From Candidatus Cloacimonadales bacterium (GTDB taxonomy: Bacteria > Cloacimonadota > Cloacimonadia > Cloacimonadales > JAIOQZ01): a stretch of 64,000 nt of DNA. The notes below the pieces were generated by a model. That model was not told the origin of the DNA, ran no database searches, and was given only the letters and a program-made list of their open reading frames with translations. Position 1 is the first letter of the stretch; every line of letters starts with the position of its first letter. The stretch covers positions 1,312,001 to 1,376,000 of the forward strand of contig OY771587.1 in assembly GCA_963674825.1 (NCBI GenBank). Reading direction: 5' to 3'. This document shows, in pieces, positions 55,291-64,000 of this stretch. Position numbers and translations under genes: made by a program.

Positions 55291-56529
55291 ATGAAGCGAT
55301 TGATTTTCATTCTTGCACTTTGCGCGATTCAACTGTTGGCAGCTGTGCCGGTACAGGATGTTACAGCGCAGTTCGAGCAATCAGCCCGGGCGATGGTCAT
55401 GACCCTCGCGAACCGTACTGATTACTCACACATGTTCGTTACACCGTATCCCTACACACTGATGATGTTTCATCAGGCTCACGAAATGCAGTACACGATG
55501 ATGAATCAGTACATTTGGGACGCAGAAGCTAACGACTGGAATCTCTACAGCGAGTTGACCATCGATTATGATGGCGAATACCCGACTGTTTTTACACAAT
55601 CTCTGGAATATCAGGGAATGGAATTCCTAATGATTTACACGTTCACCCTCACCGATGGTGTTCCTACGCAGCTTGTTGTCAGCGCAAACCTTTCCGGGCA
55701 GATGATGGATACGACCCGCGAAACGTATTCCTACGATGCCCAGTATCTGATCTATCTGTTAGGAGAGGTCAACATGATTACGAGCTGGCAGGAAGATTAC
55801 CAGATAGAATACACATGGACTGGTGAGGATATCACATCCGCTATGCAAACATCCTGGAATGGGGACCAGTGGGAAAATGACGGATGGGAGACATGGGAGT
55901 ACAGCAGATCCAATCCGAGCCTCTACACGTACAGATACTGGGACGGTAACCAGTATGTGAACGAAGAGCAGGAGTCCTTCACATTCTCCGGTGATCTGAT
56001 CATGGATGAAACAGGCAAAGTCTGGGATGGCTCAGCCTGGATCAACGATTATTATACGACTTTCGAATGGGACGGAAACAACATCGAAAGCAGCCTTGAT
56101 ATGGATTGGGACGGCACCGGCTGGATCAACGATCACAGGGCAACCTACTACATGGTCGATGGCTCTCTGGGATATGTCATTTCGCAGATGTGGGAAAACA
56201 ACGATTGGGTCAACAGCGGTAAATACGTTTACGGCTTCGGCGATGCTGTAGATAGCGAAGACGTTCTGCAAGCCACGAGCGCTATCGATGTATATCCAAA
56301 CCCGTTCAATCCAACTACCAATATTAGCTATTGCATGGCCAATGATGGGTTCGTCACAATCGATATCTACAATATTCGCGGACAAAAAGTCCAGACGCTC
56401 TTCAATGGTCACAAAGATGCCGGAACTCATACTCTTACCTGGAATGCGCAGGTAGCTGGCGGTATCTATTTTGCGGTGATGAACGCAGGAAACGAACGGA
56501 TTGTCAAAAAGATGGTCCTCCTGAAATAA
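55291..56529 (+). CDS. T9SS-CTD protein with Trp/acidic beta-hairpin repeats, paralog 1
   Basis: Signal peptide; W(D/N)G..W.N repeats; YPNPFNP...KKMVLLK. Confidence 0.85.
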   Translation: MKRLIFILALCAIQLLAAVPVQDVTAQFEQSARAMVMTLANRTDYSHMFVTPYPYTLMMFHQAHEMQYTMMNQYIWDAEANDWNLYSELTIDYDGEYPTVFTQSLEYQGMEFLMIYTFTLTDGVPTQLVVSANLSGQMMDTTRETYSYDAQYLIYLLGEVNMITSWQEDYQIEYTWTGEDITSAMQTSWNGDQWENDGWETWEYSRSNPSLYTYRYWDGNQYVNEEQESFTFSGDLIMDETGKVWDGSAWINDYYTTFEWDGNNIESSLDMDWDGTGWINDHRATYYMVDGSLGYVISQMWENNDWVNSGKYVYGFGDAVDSEDVLQATSAIDVYPNPFNPTTNISYCMANDGFVTIDIYNIRGQKVQTLFNGHKDAGTHTLTWNAQVAGGIYFAVMNAGNERIVKKMVLLK

Positions 56530-56554
56530 TCCGATTTTCTGAATCATAATTAGT

Positions 56555-56588
56555 GCCCGGAAGCCAACTGGCTGCCGGGCTTTTTTTT
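56555..56588 (+). terminator. Rho-independent terminator
   Basis: gcccggaagc/gctgccgggc followed by T8. Confidence 0.8.
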
Positions 56589-56673
56589 AGATTATTTTCA
56601 AATACAAAAAAAATATTGACGACACGAGAACGAAAAACCTATACTATAGATGAACATACAAAAGGAGACACCT

Positions 56674-57915
56674 ATGCAGCGATTATTCCTCTTTTTACTA
56701 CTCATCGGAATTCTATCCTTGAGCGCCCTATCCGTTCAAGATGTCAAGGCATGCTCAGAAAATGCCGTGAAAGAGATGGTTCAAACCCTTAATGAACGTA
56801 ACGACTACTCGCACATGTTTGTAAACCCATACCCCTACTCACTGATGATGTATTATCAGGCTATAGAATTGCATTATACGCAGATGCTCCAATACGCATG
56901 GGACGAAGATGCGCAGGACTGGATTGAAATCAGCGAGATGATTGTTGAATATGACGGAGAATATCCCACAACATTCTCACAATCCGTGATTGTGCAGGAG
57001 CAGGAAGTCAACATCGTGTATGACTTTACAACCACGGGTGGAGTCCTTACAAATATGACTATGAGCATGGACTATGCGGGCCAGATGATGGAGATATCGC
57101 GTGAGACCTACACCTTCACTGGCAACCAGTGGACCTACCTTATCGCAGAATCCAATATCGTTGTCCAGTGGATAAACGACTTCCAGATCAACGCCACCTG
57201 GAATGGTGGTAATATCACTGAGCTTTTGTGCCAATCATGGAACAGCGATGAAATATGGGAAGACGATTATCGCGAAACGTGGCAATATAGCGGCTCCAAT
57301 CCCACGCAATATCTTCTCGATTACTGGAATGGAGTGGCATGGGAAAATGAGGAGTTGGAGACGTACACGTTCAGCGGTGACACAATCACACAGGAACTGG
57401 GACAGCTCTGGGAAGGCGAATGGATCAATGAAGATCGCACTACCTATACCTGGGATGGCGACATGATCGCAAGTCATATCGAAGAACTGTGGGATGGCAG
57501 CCAGTGGTATGACAGCAAATTGGTCACCTACTACGTAGTCGATGGTGAACTCGGTTATGTCATCTCGCAGGATTGGGTTGAAGGACGCGAATGGGTCAAC
57601 TCTGGCAAGTATGTTTACAACTTCGGCGAAGCAGTCGATGGTGAAGACATCCCGCAGGTCAATAGCTCCATCGATATCTATCCAAACCCATTCAACCCAT
57701 CCACCAACATCAGCTACAGCATGGCTCAGGATGGATTCGTCACCATCGATATCTATAACATCCGCGGACAGAAAGTAGAAACCCTCTTCAACGGACATCA
57801 AGACGCCGGTACACACACGCTGACCTGGAACGCACAGGTCGCTGGCGGTATTTATTTCGCCGTGATGAACACCGGAAACAAGCAGATCGTCCAGAAGATG
57901 GTTCTGCTGAAATAG
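56674..57915 (+). CDS. T9SS-CTD protein with Trp/acidic repeats, paralog 2
   Basis: ATG 56674 after AGGAG; colinear with paralog 1; own TTGACG/TATACT promoter. Confidence 0.85.
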   Translation: MQRLFLFLLLIGILSLSALSVQDVKACSENAVKEMVQTLNERNDYSHMFVNPYPYSLMMYYQAIELHYTQMLQYAWDEDAQDWIEISEMIVEYDGEYPTTFSQSVIVQEQEVNIVYDFTTTGGVLTNMTMSMDYAGQMMEISRETYTFTGNQWTYLIAESNIVVQWINDFQINATWNGGNITELLCQSWNSDEIWEDDYRETWQYSGSNPTQYLLDYWNGVAWENEELETYTFSGDTITQELGQLWEGEWINEDRTTYTWDGDMIASHIEELWDGSQWYDSKLVTYYVVDGELGYVISQDWVEGREWVNSGKYVYNFGEAVDGEDIPQVNSSIDIYPNPFNPSTNISYSMAQDGFVTIDIYNIRGQKVETLFNGHQDAGTHTLTWNAQVAGGIYFAVMNTGNKQIVQKMVLLK

Positions 57916-57937
57916 ACCGAACATTTTCGCATACATC

Positions 57938-57965
57938 AACGCCCGGAAATCCCGGGCGTTTTTTT
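57938..57965. terminator. Terminator between convergent genes
   Basis: aacgcccgg-aaatc-ccgggcgtt followed by T-tract. Confidence 0.8.
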
Positions 57966-57978
57966 AACTCAATCCGTT

Positions 57979-59112
57979 TTAATCGTCCAATAGAAAATCC
58001 AGATAATTGGATGGAGTAACAACCTCAAGCCCAGCATCGGGATATGTATTTTTAAAGGTCAGCGGTATCGTTGCCTTACTGTCGGGATTCCATTTCACCT
58101 CAAACGCATTCATACCCGAGCCGGTCACTTCGATCAAATCTACTTCTTTCTGTGTTTTTGTTCTCCAGAAAAAATGTTCGAATGGCTTACGGCTGTTCAG
58201 CATCATTTTCCTTCGCTCGGTGATGAAATAATTTTCCCAAAGCGCTCCGACATCAGTGCGAAGATTCGACGGATTGAAATTGTTGATCAATGCGTTTCTG
58301 ATCCCGTTATCCCAGAAAAACACCTTCTGACTCTTTTTCAGCTCGATACGCAAATTGTTACTGTATGATCCAAGACGATAAATGATGAAGCATTTCTCCA
58401 ACAAATTCAGATACCGGTCGACTGTCTTGGGATCAATTCCCACCAATTGCCCCAGTTCAGAATTATTGACCTCGTTTCCAACCTGCAAAGCTAAAGCTTG
58501 CAGAAGCTTTTTCAGAACATCGGGCTTGCGTATCTCCTGATATGCAAGAATATCCTTGAACAGGTAGGATCCAGCTATTTCCTGAATAATCTCCTCCGGC
58601 ATCGTCTTATCGAGGTAAACTTCCGGGTAGTTGCCATAGATGATTCTTTGATGCAAGCCACCCTTTACAGCAGAGATTCCATCGTGGTTGTAAATTTCCT
58701 GCGTAGAAAGTGGCGTTACGATGAATTCGAATTTCCTGCCCGTCAACGGTTCGATGGTCGAGTTGGACAGTTCAAACGCCGACGATCCCGTGGCTATGAT
58801 CTGAAGGTCCGGCAGCGTGTCGATGATCGCCTTGAGCTTAATCCCTATATCATGAACACGCTGCGCTTCGTCTATCAACAGATAGCCGTATTGCCCGAAA
58901 CTGCGCTCAATATCCTGTTGATTGCGAAATCCGAATAGCTCCTGTCCATCGATCAGATCGCAATTGATATAAAGATTGTGCTCGAACTCCTTCGCCAGCG
59001 CATTGAGTATCGTCGTCTTCCCAGTTCGCCTCGCGCCAAACAGGATAATCCCTCTTCTCTTGTGAAGGTATCGCGTTATTACGTCATTGTATGTTCTGAT
59101 AATCATCGCCAC
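57979..59112 (-). CDS. AAA_14/DUF4143-type ATP-binding protein
   Basis: GARRTGKTT, IDEAQ, TGSS, LTGR, DNGIRN, C-terminal EVD...FEVK nuclease-like motif. Confidence 0.9.
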   Translation of the reverse strand: MAMIIRTYNDVITRYLHKRRGIILFGARRTGKTTILNALAKEFEHNLYINCDLIDGQELFGFRNQQDIERSFGQYGYLLIDEAQRVHDIGIKLKAIIDTLPDLQIIATGSSAFELSNSTIEPLTGRKFEFIVTPLSTQEIYNHDGISAVKGGLHQRIIYGNYPEVYLDKTMPEEIIQEIAGSYLFKDILAYQEIRKPDVLKKLLQALALQVGNEVNNSELGQLVGIDPKTVDRYLNLLEKCFIIYRLGSYSNNLRIELKKSQKVFFWDNGIRNALINNFNPSNLRTDVGALWENYFITERRKMMLNSRKPFEHFFWRTKTQKEVDLIEVTGSGMNAFEVKWNPDSKATIPLTFKNTYPDAGLEVVTPSNYLDFLLDD

Positions 59113-59160
59113 CTCAGAGAAATACTCTGTTCATCCATTCTCAATGTCAAGCATTTTTTG

Positions 59161-59235
59161 ACTTTTCGGGAATATAATCCCAAATGGTAATTACTTTTCG
59201 GGATTACAATCCCAAATAGTTAAGATTTTCGCGAT
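59161..59235. repeat. 32-bp-period direct repeats, each internally palindromic
   Basis: acttttcgggaatataatcccaaatggt and acttttcgggattacaatcccaaatagt, plus a partial third copy. Confidence 0.85.
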
Positions 59236-59246
59236 CATGGACGAAG

Positions 59247-59274
59247 AAAAACCCCTCGCAATGGAGGGGTTTTT
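59247..59274 (-). terminator. Terminator after the PFK gene
   Basis: aaaaacccctc-gcaatg-gaggggttttt. Confidence 0.8.
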
Positions 59275-59286
59275 ATATCCTAACGT

Positions 59287-60504
59287 TTACACGTTCAAAA
59301 TCTTGGCTACAGCGGGTGCTCTGAGACGATGCGGTTGACGGAAACCGGAGCCCAGGAGCGGACGGATATAGTAGCGGAAATCGTCGGTAACATTATTGCC
59401 TTCCGCGTTAATAAATGAATCGGGCATGATGCGCGTCTTGCCGGCGACTTCATCCAGCTTCACCAGCTTATAATCTACGGAGTAGTAACCGGTGCGTTGA
59501 ATGGTGACAGACCCATCCAGATCGTGCCAGATCGCGAATTGAGCGGCTTTCTCGCCCACTTCGCGCGCTTCATTCTGATCGATATCCGAGACGCATTCGA
59601 TGAACGAGCGTTGCAGATAACCGAATGTATCCGAGCGAACGCGCTTGATCTTCAGGTGCTTCTTGACAGTCTTGGCAAGCAGGTCACCAAGTGCGCCGGT
59701 ACCGGAAAGCTGCACGTTGCCGTGCTGATCGCGCTCAATGTTGTCCATGAGCTGGGTGATGATCTCCTGGCCTGAATTGTCCTTGATACCTTCCGAAATC
59801 GCGATAACGCAGCGACCATACTGGTCATAGACCTTCTTCACGTCATCGAGGAACCTGTTTACATCGAATGCACGCTCAGGCAGATAGACCAAATGTGGAC
59901 CATCATCCGGGTATTTCTTCGCCAACGCAGCCGCTCCGGTGAGAAATCCAGCGTGACGTCCCATCACCACACCGATATAGACACCGGGGATGGAGCGATT
60001 ATCGAGGTTCGCGCCGATGAACGCCGATGCCACGAACCGCGCTGCTGAGCCGAAGCCCGGCGTATGGTCGTTCAGCACGAGGTCATTATCGATGGTCTTG
60101 GGTATATGGATCGCGCGGAAATCGTAGTCAGCGCGTTCTGCTTCGTGATTGACAATGCGCACGGTGTCGGCGGAGTCGTTACCACCGATATAAAAGAAGT
60201 AACGGGCGTTGTGGGCCTTGAGAACCTTGAAGATCTCACGGCAATACGCCTCGTCCGGTTTATCGCGTGTGGAGAGCAGCGCTGCGGACGGTGTCACGGC
60301 GATTTTCTCGAGATTATTGGTCGTTTCCTGTGTGAGATCGACAAAATTTTCATCGATGATGCCACGCACGCCGTGCACAGCGCCATAGACGCGGTTAACC
60401 TGGAAGAATTTGCGCGATTCCAGAACGACGCCAACCAGTGACTGATTGATCACTGCGGTAGGCCCTCCGCCCTGCGCGACAACTACATTACCTTCCAATG
60501 CCAT
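59287..60504 (-). CDS. pfp: Phosphofructokinase, probably PPi-dependent
   Basis: QGGG, GGNDS (Asp at the phosphoryl-donor determinant), PKTIDND, MGRHAG. Confidence 0.85.
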   Translation of the reverse strand: MALEGNVVVAQGGGPTAVINQSLVGVVLESRKFFQVNRVYGAVHGVRGIIDENFVDLTQETTNNLEKIAVTPSAALLSTRDKPDEAYCREIFKVLKAHNARYFFYIGGNDSADTVRIVNHEAERADYDFRAIHIPKTIDNDLVLNDHTPGFGSAARFVASAFIGANLDNRSIPGVYIGVVMGRHAGFLTGAAALAKKYPDDGPHLVYLPERAFDVNRFLDDVKKVYDQYGRCVIAISEGIKDNSGQEIITQLMDNIERDQHGNVQLSGTGALGDLLAKTVKKHLKIKRVRSDTFGYLQRSFIECVSDIDQNEAREVGEKAAQFAIWHDLDGSVTIQRTGYYSVDYKLVKLDEVAGKTRIMPDSFINAEGNNVTDDFRYYIRPLLGSGFRQPHRLRAPAVAKILNV

Positions 60505-60518
60505 AATGATCCTCCAAT

Positions 60519-61730
60519 TTATTTATTCATATGCTTTTTCAGGATGTGCGGGAACGCAGCGTAGAACTGCGTGGCGAAGACCAGATCGCTGATCTTCACG
60601 TGCTCCTCGGTAGAGTGCGAGAGCTCTTCGCGACCGGGAGCAAATCCGATCGACGGAATGCCGAAATGGCCCATGCTGGATACGCCGTTGGTCGAGAACG
60701 ACCAGCGTCCGATCGGCTTGGCCGGGATTATTGCGAGGTCGGCAGCTTCTTTGGCTGCTTGCACCAGTATGTGATCTTCGGGAAGAATCCATGTGGGATA
60801 GACCTTCTCCTGATTGACCTCATAGCCCTTCCAACTGGTGGCGTCGTATTGCGGGATAATGATCTCCGCGTTGTCGCCGGTAATCTCTTTCAGTTCGGCA
60901 ATGACCGATTCTTTGGTCTCGCCGACGGTCATGCGGCGGTCGAGATAGACTTCGCAGCTATCGGCAACCGAGCAGAGCGAAGGGCTGGTCGAGGTGATCT
61001 GCGATATTGTGATGGTGCCTTTGCCAAGGAAGGGATCGTCTTTCAGCCTGTGATTGAGTTGCTTGATGCCTTCGATGATAGGCGCCATCTTATAGACGGC
61101 GTTGTCGCCGAGATGTTCGTGTGCTCCATGCGCCGATTTTCCACGGGTGCGGATGATGATCTCCATCCTGCCGCGATGTCCGCGATAAACGTGAAGGTCG
61201 GTGGGTTCGCCAAGTACCACGAAGTCGGGCTTGATGCCTTCGTTCTCAAAGAGGTGCGTCAGCGGAAGGCCGTCGCAGTCTTCTTCCATCACGGAGCCGA
61301 CGCAATAGAGGGTGATGCCGTCGAGCAGACCGAGGTCTTTCATGATACGCGCGGCATATGCCATGCAAGCGGCTGCGGGTTTTTCGTCCACGCTACCACG
61401 ACCGTATATTTTACCGTATTTCTCGAAAGCGGGAAATGGCGGGTAGTCCCAGCTTTCCGGGTCACCGATTCCGACAACGTCGATGTGCGCGTCGAAGAGA
61501 ACGACGGTCTCGCCGTTACCCATTCTGCCGACCGCGTTGCCCAGCTTGTCGCTGTACGCCTCGTCGAATCCGAGCTTTTGCATTTCCTGTACGATCCGCT
61601 CAACCACCTCTTTTTCCTGGCAGCTATAGGACGGGATCGATACGATATCTTTCAGGAACCGCACCATATCGTCGCGGTATTCCTCACTTTTACGCAGGAT
61701 TTGATTCCACTGTTCCATGCTTGTCTCCAT
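60519..61730 (-). CDS. YgeY-family M20 metallohydrolase
   Basis: DAHID, GRG.VD.K, EEDCDG, RGHRGRMEI, W.FSTNG. Confidence 0.85.
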   Translation of the reverse strand: METSMEQWNQILRKSEEYRDDMVRFLKDIVSIPSYSCQEKEVVERIVQEMQKLGFDEAYSDKLGNAVGRMGNGETVVLFDAHIDVVGIGDPESWDYPPFPAFEKYGKIYGRGSVDEKPAAACMAYAARIMKDLGLLDGITLYCVGSVMEEDCDGLPLTHLFENEGIKPDFVVLGEPTDLHVYRGHRGRMEIIIRTRGKSAHGAHEHLGDNAVYKMAPIIEGIKQLNHRLKDDPFLGKGTITISQITSTSPSLCSVADSCEVYLDRRMTVGETKESVIAELKEITGDNAEIIIPQYDATSWKGYEVNQEKVYPTWILPEDHILVQAAKEAADLAIIPAKPIGRWSFSTNGVSSMGHFGIPSIGFAPGREELSHSTEEHVKISDLVFATQFYAAFPHILKKHMNK

Positions 61731-61859
61731 TCGTTGTTACTCTTTTTCCATACAACAGTTTTGAATGATTTATATTGTCAAGCAGAAAGCAAAAGAAGGG
61801 CAATCACAGTGGATTGCCCCTACATTTCAAGATGAAACGGATCGTTTGCTATAAACAAT

Positions 61860-63758
61860 CTACCACATATGCACTCTCTTCGAGGGCTCGAGATACATCG
61901 GATCACCGGGCTCGATATCGAATGCATCGTAAAATGCATCCATGTTTTGCAGTGGCCCAATCGCACGGAAACGGGTGGGTGAATGAGGACCGCGGCACTG
62001 CTTTCGTTGCGCTTCCTCCGTGATCAATTCCTTCCATTTCTGCGCGTACGAGATGAAGAATCGCCTTTCCTGTTCAGCATCAATGTTCCCGGAAGCATGC
62101 ATGGCGTCGTATGCGACCAAAACCCCGCCGAGATCCGCGAGATTTTCGGAAAGCGTCGCAGAGCCATCCACATGGCAATCGTCAAATGCGTAGAAGTGGT
62201 CGTATTGGTCGATGAGCGGCTGTGAGCGCTTCTCGAACCTGGAAGTCAGCGTCAATTTCTGCAGCCAGTTCAACGGCCTTCCCTTGATATTGTACTGCCG
62301 TCCGTCGCTGTCGATCGCGTGAGAAATCTCGTGCCCGATCGTCGCGGCAATACCGCTGTAGTTTATCGCCGGATCACCATCCTTATCGAAAAACGGCCAC
62401 TGTAGGTTTCCGCCGGCTATCACGACGTTATTCCGGCCCGGCGAATAGTAGCAATCCAGCGAGTACGACCACGATTTGGGTCGTGAAAAATCCCATGGAT
62501 TTCCGATGCGGGAAAGGACAAGCGTTGTGCGCCATCGGCGCGCGATCAATGCCGTTTCGATAAACGTGATTCCTGGATTCGCTTCCGCGATTTCCTTTGC
62601 GCAACTGCTTTCGCGAACAGCTTGGAGGCATGATTCTCCTCCGATGACAAACACCATCTTCGTTAGCTTCTCGCGCGCACGTTTACGCTCAAGCCAACCC
62701 ATCCAGTCGTTTTCTTCAAGCCGATTCAGCCAGGCCTTGCGAATGTTCTCGGTAATGATTGCCAGAAGCTTTCCCTGCTCATCGCCGACGATCTCGTAGA
62801 GGTAGTATTCGTTCAGGAATTCGGGCAGATCGCGCATCATCTGACGGACGACGGCAAGACTATCATTGTCGTTCTGCTTCTTGAAATCTCCATGCAGATA
62901 CTGGCTATATTCCATCAGTAAACACGCGGAGAAATAGTCAGCCAGTTCCTCTCGGTCAACTCCCAGAAGCCAGGCAGCAAGCTTTTTGAAATAGACAGGA
63001 TGATCCATGATGATGGTTCCGCTTCTGTCGATTCCCAGAGCGTCAAACCACTTCCCGAAATCATCAGGTTGAAACCACCCAATTGCCTCTTGAGCAGGTA
63101 TCTCGTTGTAGAGATCGTGAATCGAGCGCGGCTCAGGCTCAAGCATAGCGCTAATTTCATTGGCACAGCGAAGCGCTGCAGCTACTTTCTGATGGGACTC
63201 TTCATTTTCGTATCCAGAAAGCAGGAACAGCCTTTCAAGATTATCTCGTTCATTCTGGCTGAGCATAATCTTTTCATCGGGCTGCCGGAGGCAAAGATAG
63301 TGAGTTCCGCGCACTTCCCACCGTTTCGGATCGTAGACGTAAAAAAGCGGCCCTACACCTATCGAACTCATATATGCCAATGCGTCCATGACATCTGAAG
63401 ATTCGAGCCTTGTAAGCATCTCATTGAGCACCCTCATCTCCCGAACCGTATCGTCATCGCCATCGATCCCGGTACGATAGTAGGTCCGCAAGGCATTCTC
63501 GATAAGCTTCAGCGCTTCGTCGGATTCAGCGGAGATTGATAGCTTTTGAGCGATGTTAATCAATACCTGATGTTCCATCTCGCTGTAGAGATTGAAGCGC
63601 CTGGCACCTTCCGGCAGAACGTTGTTCTTGATCCAAGTACCGCAGGAATACCCATAAAAGTCGTCCTGTGGACGGTAGGTCGAATCGATATTGGATGGTT
63701 CATACCCAAACAGAAAAGCCTGTATGAGGAGAAAGGAGATAAGCAGCGTTTTTTGCAT
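61860..63758 (-). CDS. M13 family (neprilysin/PepO-like) metallopeptidase
   Basis: P.DDFY.Y.CG.W, HEISH, ENLADLGG, HSP..FR; signal peptide; ATG 63758 after GGAG. Confidence 0.9.
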   Translation of the reverse strand: MQKTLLISFLLIQAFLFGYEPSNIDSTYRPQDDFYGYSCGTWIKNNVLPEGARRFNLYSEMEHQVLINIAQKLSISAESDEALKLIENALRTYYRTGIDGDDDTVREMRVLNEMLTRLESSDVMDALAYMSSIGVGPLFYVYDPKRWEVRGTHYLCLRQPDEKIMLSQNERDNLERLFLLSGYENEESHQKVAAALRCANEISAMLEPEPRSIHDLYNEIPAQEAIGWFQPDDFGKWFDALGIDRSGTIIMDHPVYFKKLAAWLLGVDREELADYFSACLLMEYSQYLHGDFKKQNDNDSLAVVRQMMRDLPEFLNEYYLYEIVGDEQGKLLAIITENIRKAWLNRLEENDWMGWLERKRAREKLTKMVFVIGGESCLQAVRESSCAKEIAEANPGITFIETALIARRWRTTLVLSRIGNPWDFSRPKSWSYSLDCYYSPGRNNVVIAGGNLQWPFFDKDGDPAINYSGIAATIGHEISHAIDSDGRQYNIKGRPLNWLQKLTLTSRFEKRSQPLIDQYDHFYAFDDCHVDGSATLSENLADLGGVLVAYDAMHASGNIDAEQERRFFISYAQKWKELITEEAQRKQCRGPHSPTRFRAIGPLQNMDAFYDAFDIEPGDPMYLEPSKRVHMW

Positions 63759-63786
63759 GTTATCTCCATATGCAAAGAATCGTTTT

Positions 63787-64000
63787 CTATTCATACTTGA
63801 GCGCTTCCACGGGATTCATTCTGGATGCTTTGATGGTGTGGTAGAGAATCGTCACCAGCGCAATCAGCATCACAATCGCAGCCGAAATAATGAAGATCCA
63901 CGGTGAGACTGCTGCATGGAACTGGAACGTATTGATCCAGCGCTGAATACCGTACCAGGCGACAGGTATTGCAAGTATATTCGCCAGTAGCACCCATTTC
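63787..64000 (-). CDS. ABC transporter permease (MacB/FtsX-like), 3' end only
   Basis: AN.LA.PVAWY...W...F and KA..NPVEALKYE terminus. Confidence 0.85.
   Translation of the reverse strand, partial: KWVLLANILAIPVAWYGIQRWINTFQFHAAVSPWIFIISAAIVMLIALVTILYHTIKASRMNPVEALKYE

Noticed and set aside
59161..59235. CRISPR array
   Set aside because: Only about two units, no spacers, no cas genes.

Overview
Bacterial chromosomal segment from a diderm anaerobe. The style of its T9SS-like C-terminal domains (YPNPFN...YNxxGQ...KKMxLLK) suggests Cloacimonadota or a related FCB lineage; this is inference only. Housekeeping content: a fumarate/succinate-reductase-like flavoprotein plus Fe-S pair, guaA, a PpiD-like chaperone, recG, a complete F1Fo atp operon, bactofilin, an M23 peptidase, parB-parA-rsmG (with a parS-like site), gyrB-gyrA, ftsB, mtnA, a PPi-type PFK, a YgeY-family M20 hydrolase and an M13 peptidase. 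These are interspersed with many secreted or surface proteins. Three main findings. (1) Two ORFs (28056-28754 and 26592-27959) form one reading frame split only by an in-frame UGA in C-D-W-G-[UGA]. The UGA sits in a SECIS-like hairpin, giving a candidate secreted beta-helix selenoprotein. (2) The Na+-type ATP synthase has a normal c subunit and also a triplicated 6-TM c subunit in which two of three hairpins lack the catalytic Glu, implying a hybrid rotor. (3) Two unrelated secreted proteins share a second class of C-terminal domain, and the window also holds a tandem array of four PorV-like barrels. A candidate sRNA and several operator-like repeats were also found. No CRISPR, tRNA, rRNA or transposase was seen. 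All calls come from reading the sequence; no searches were run.
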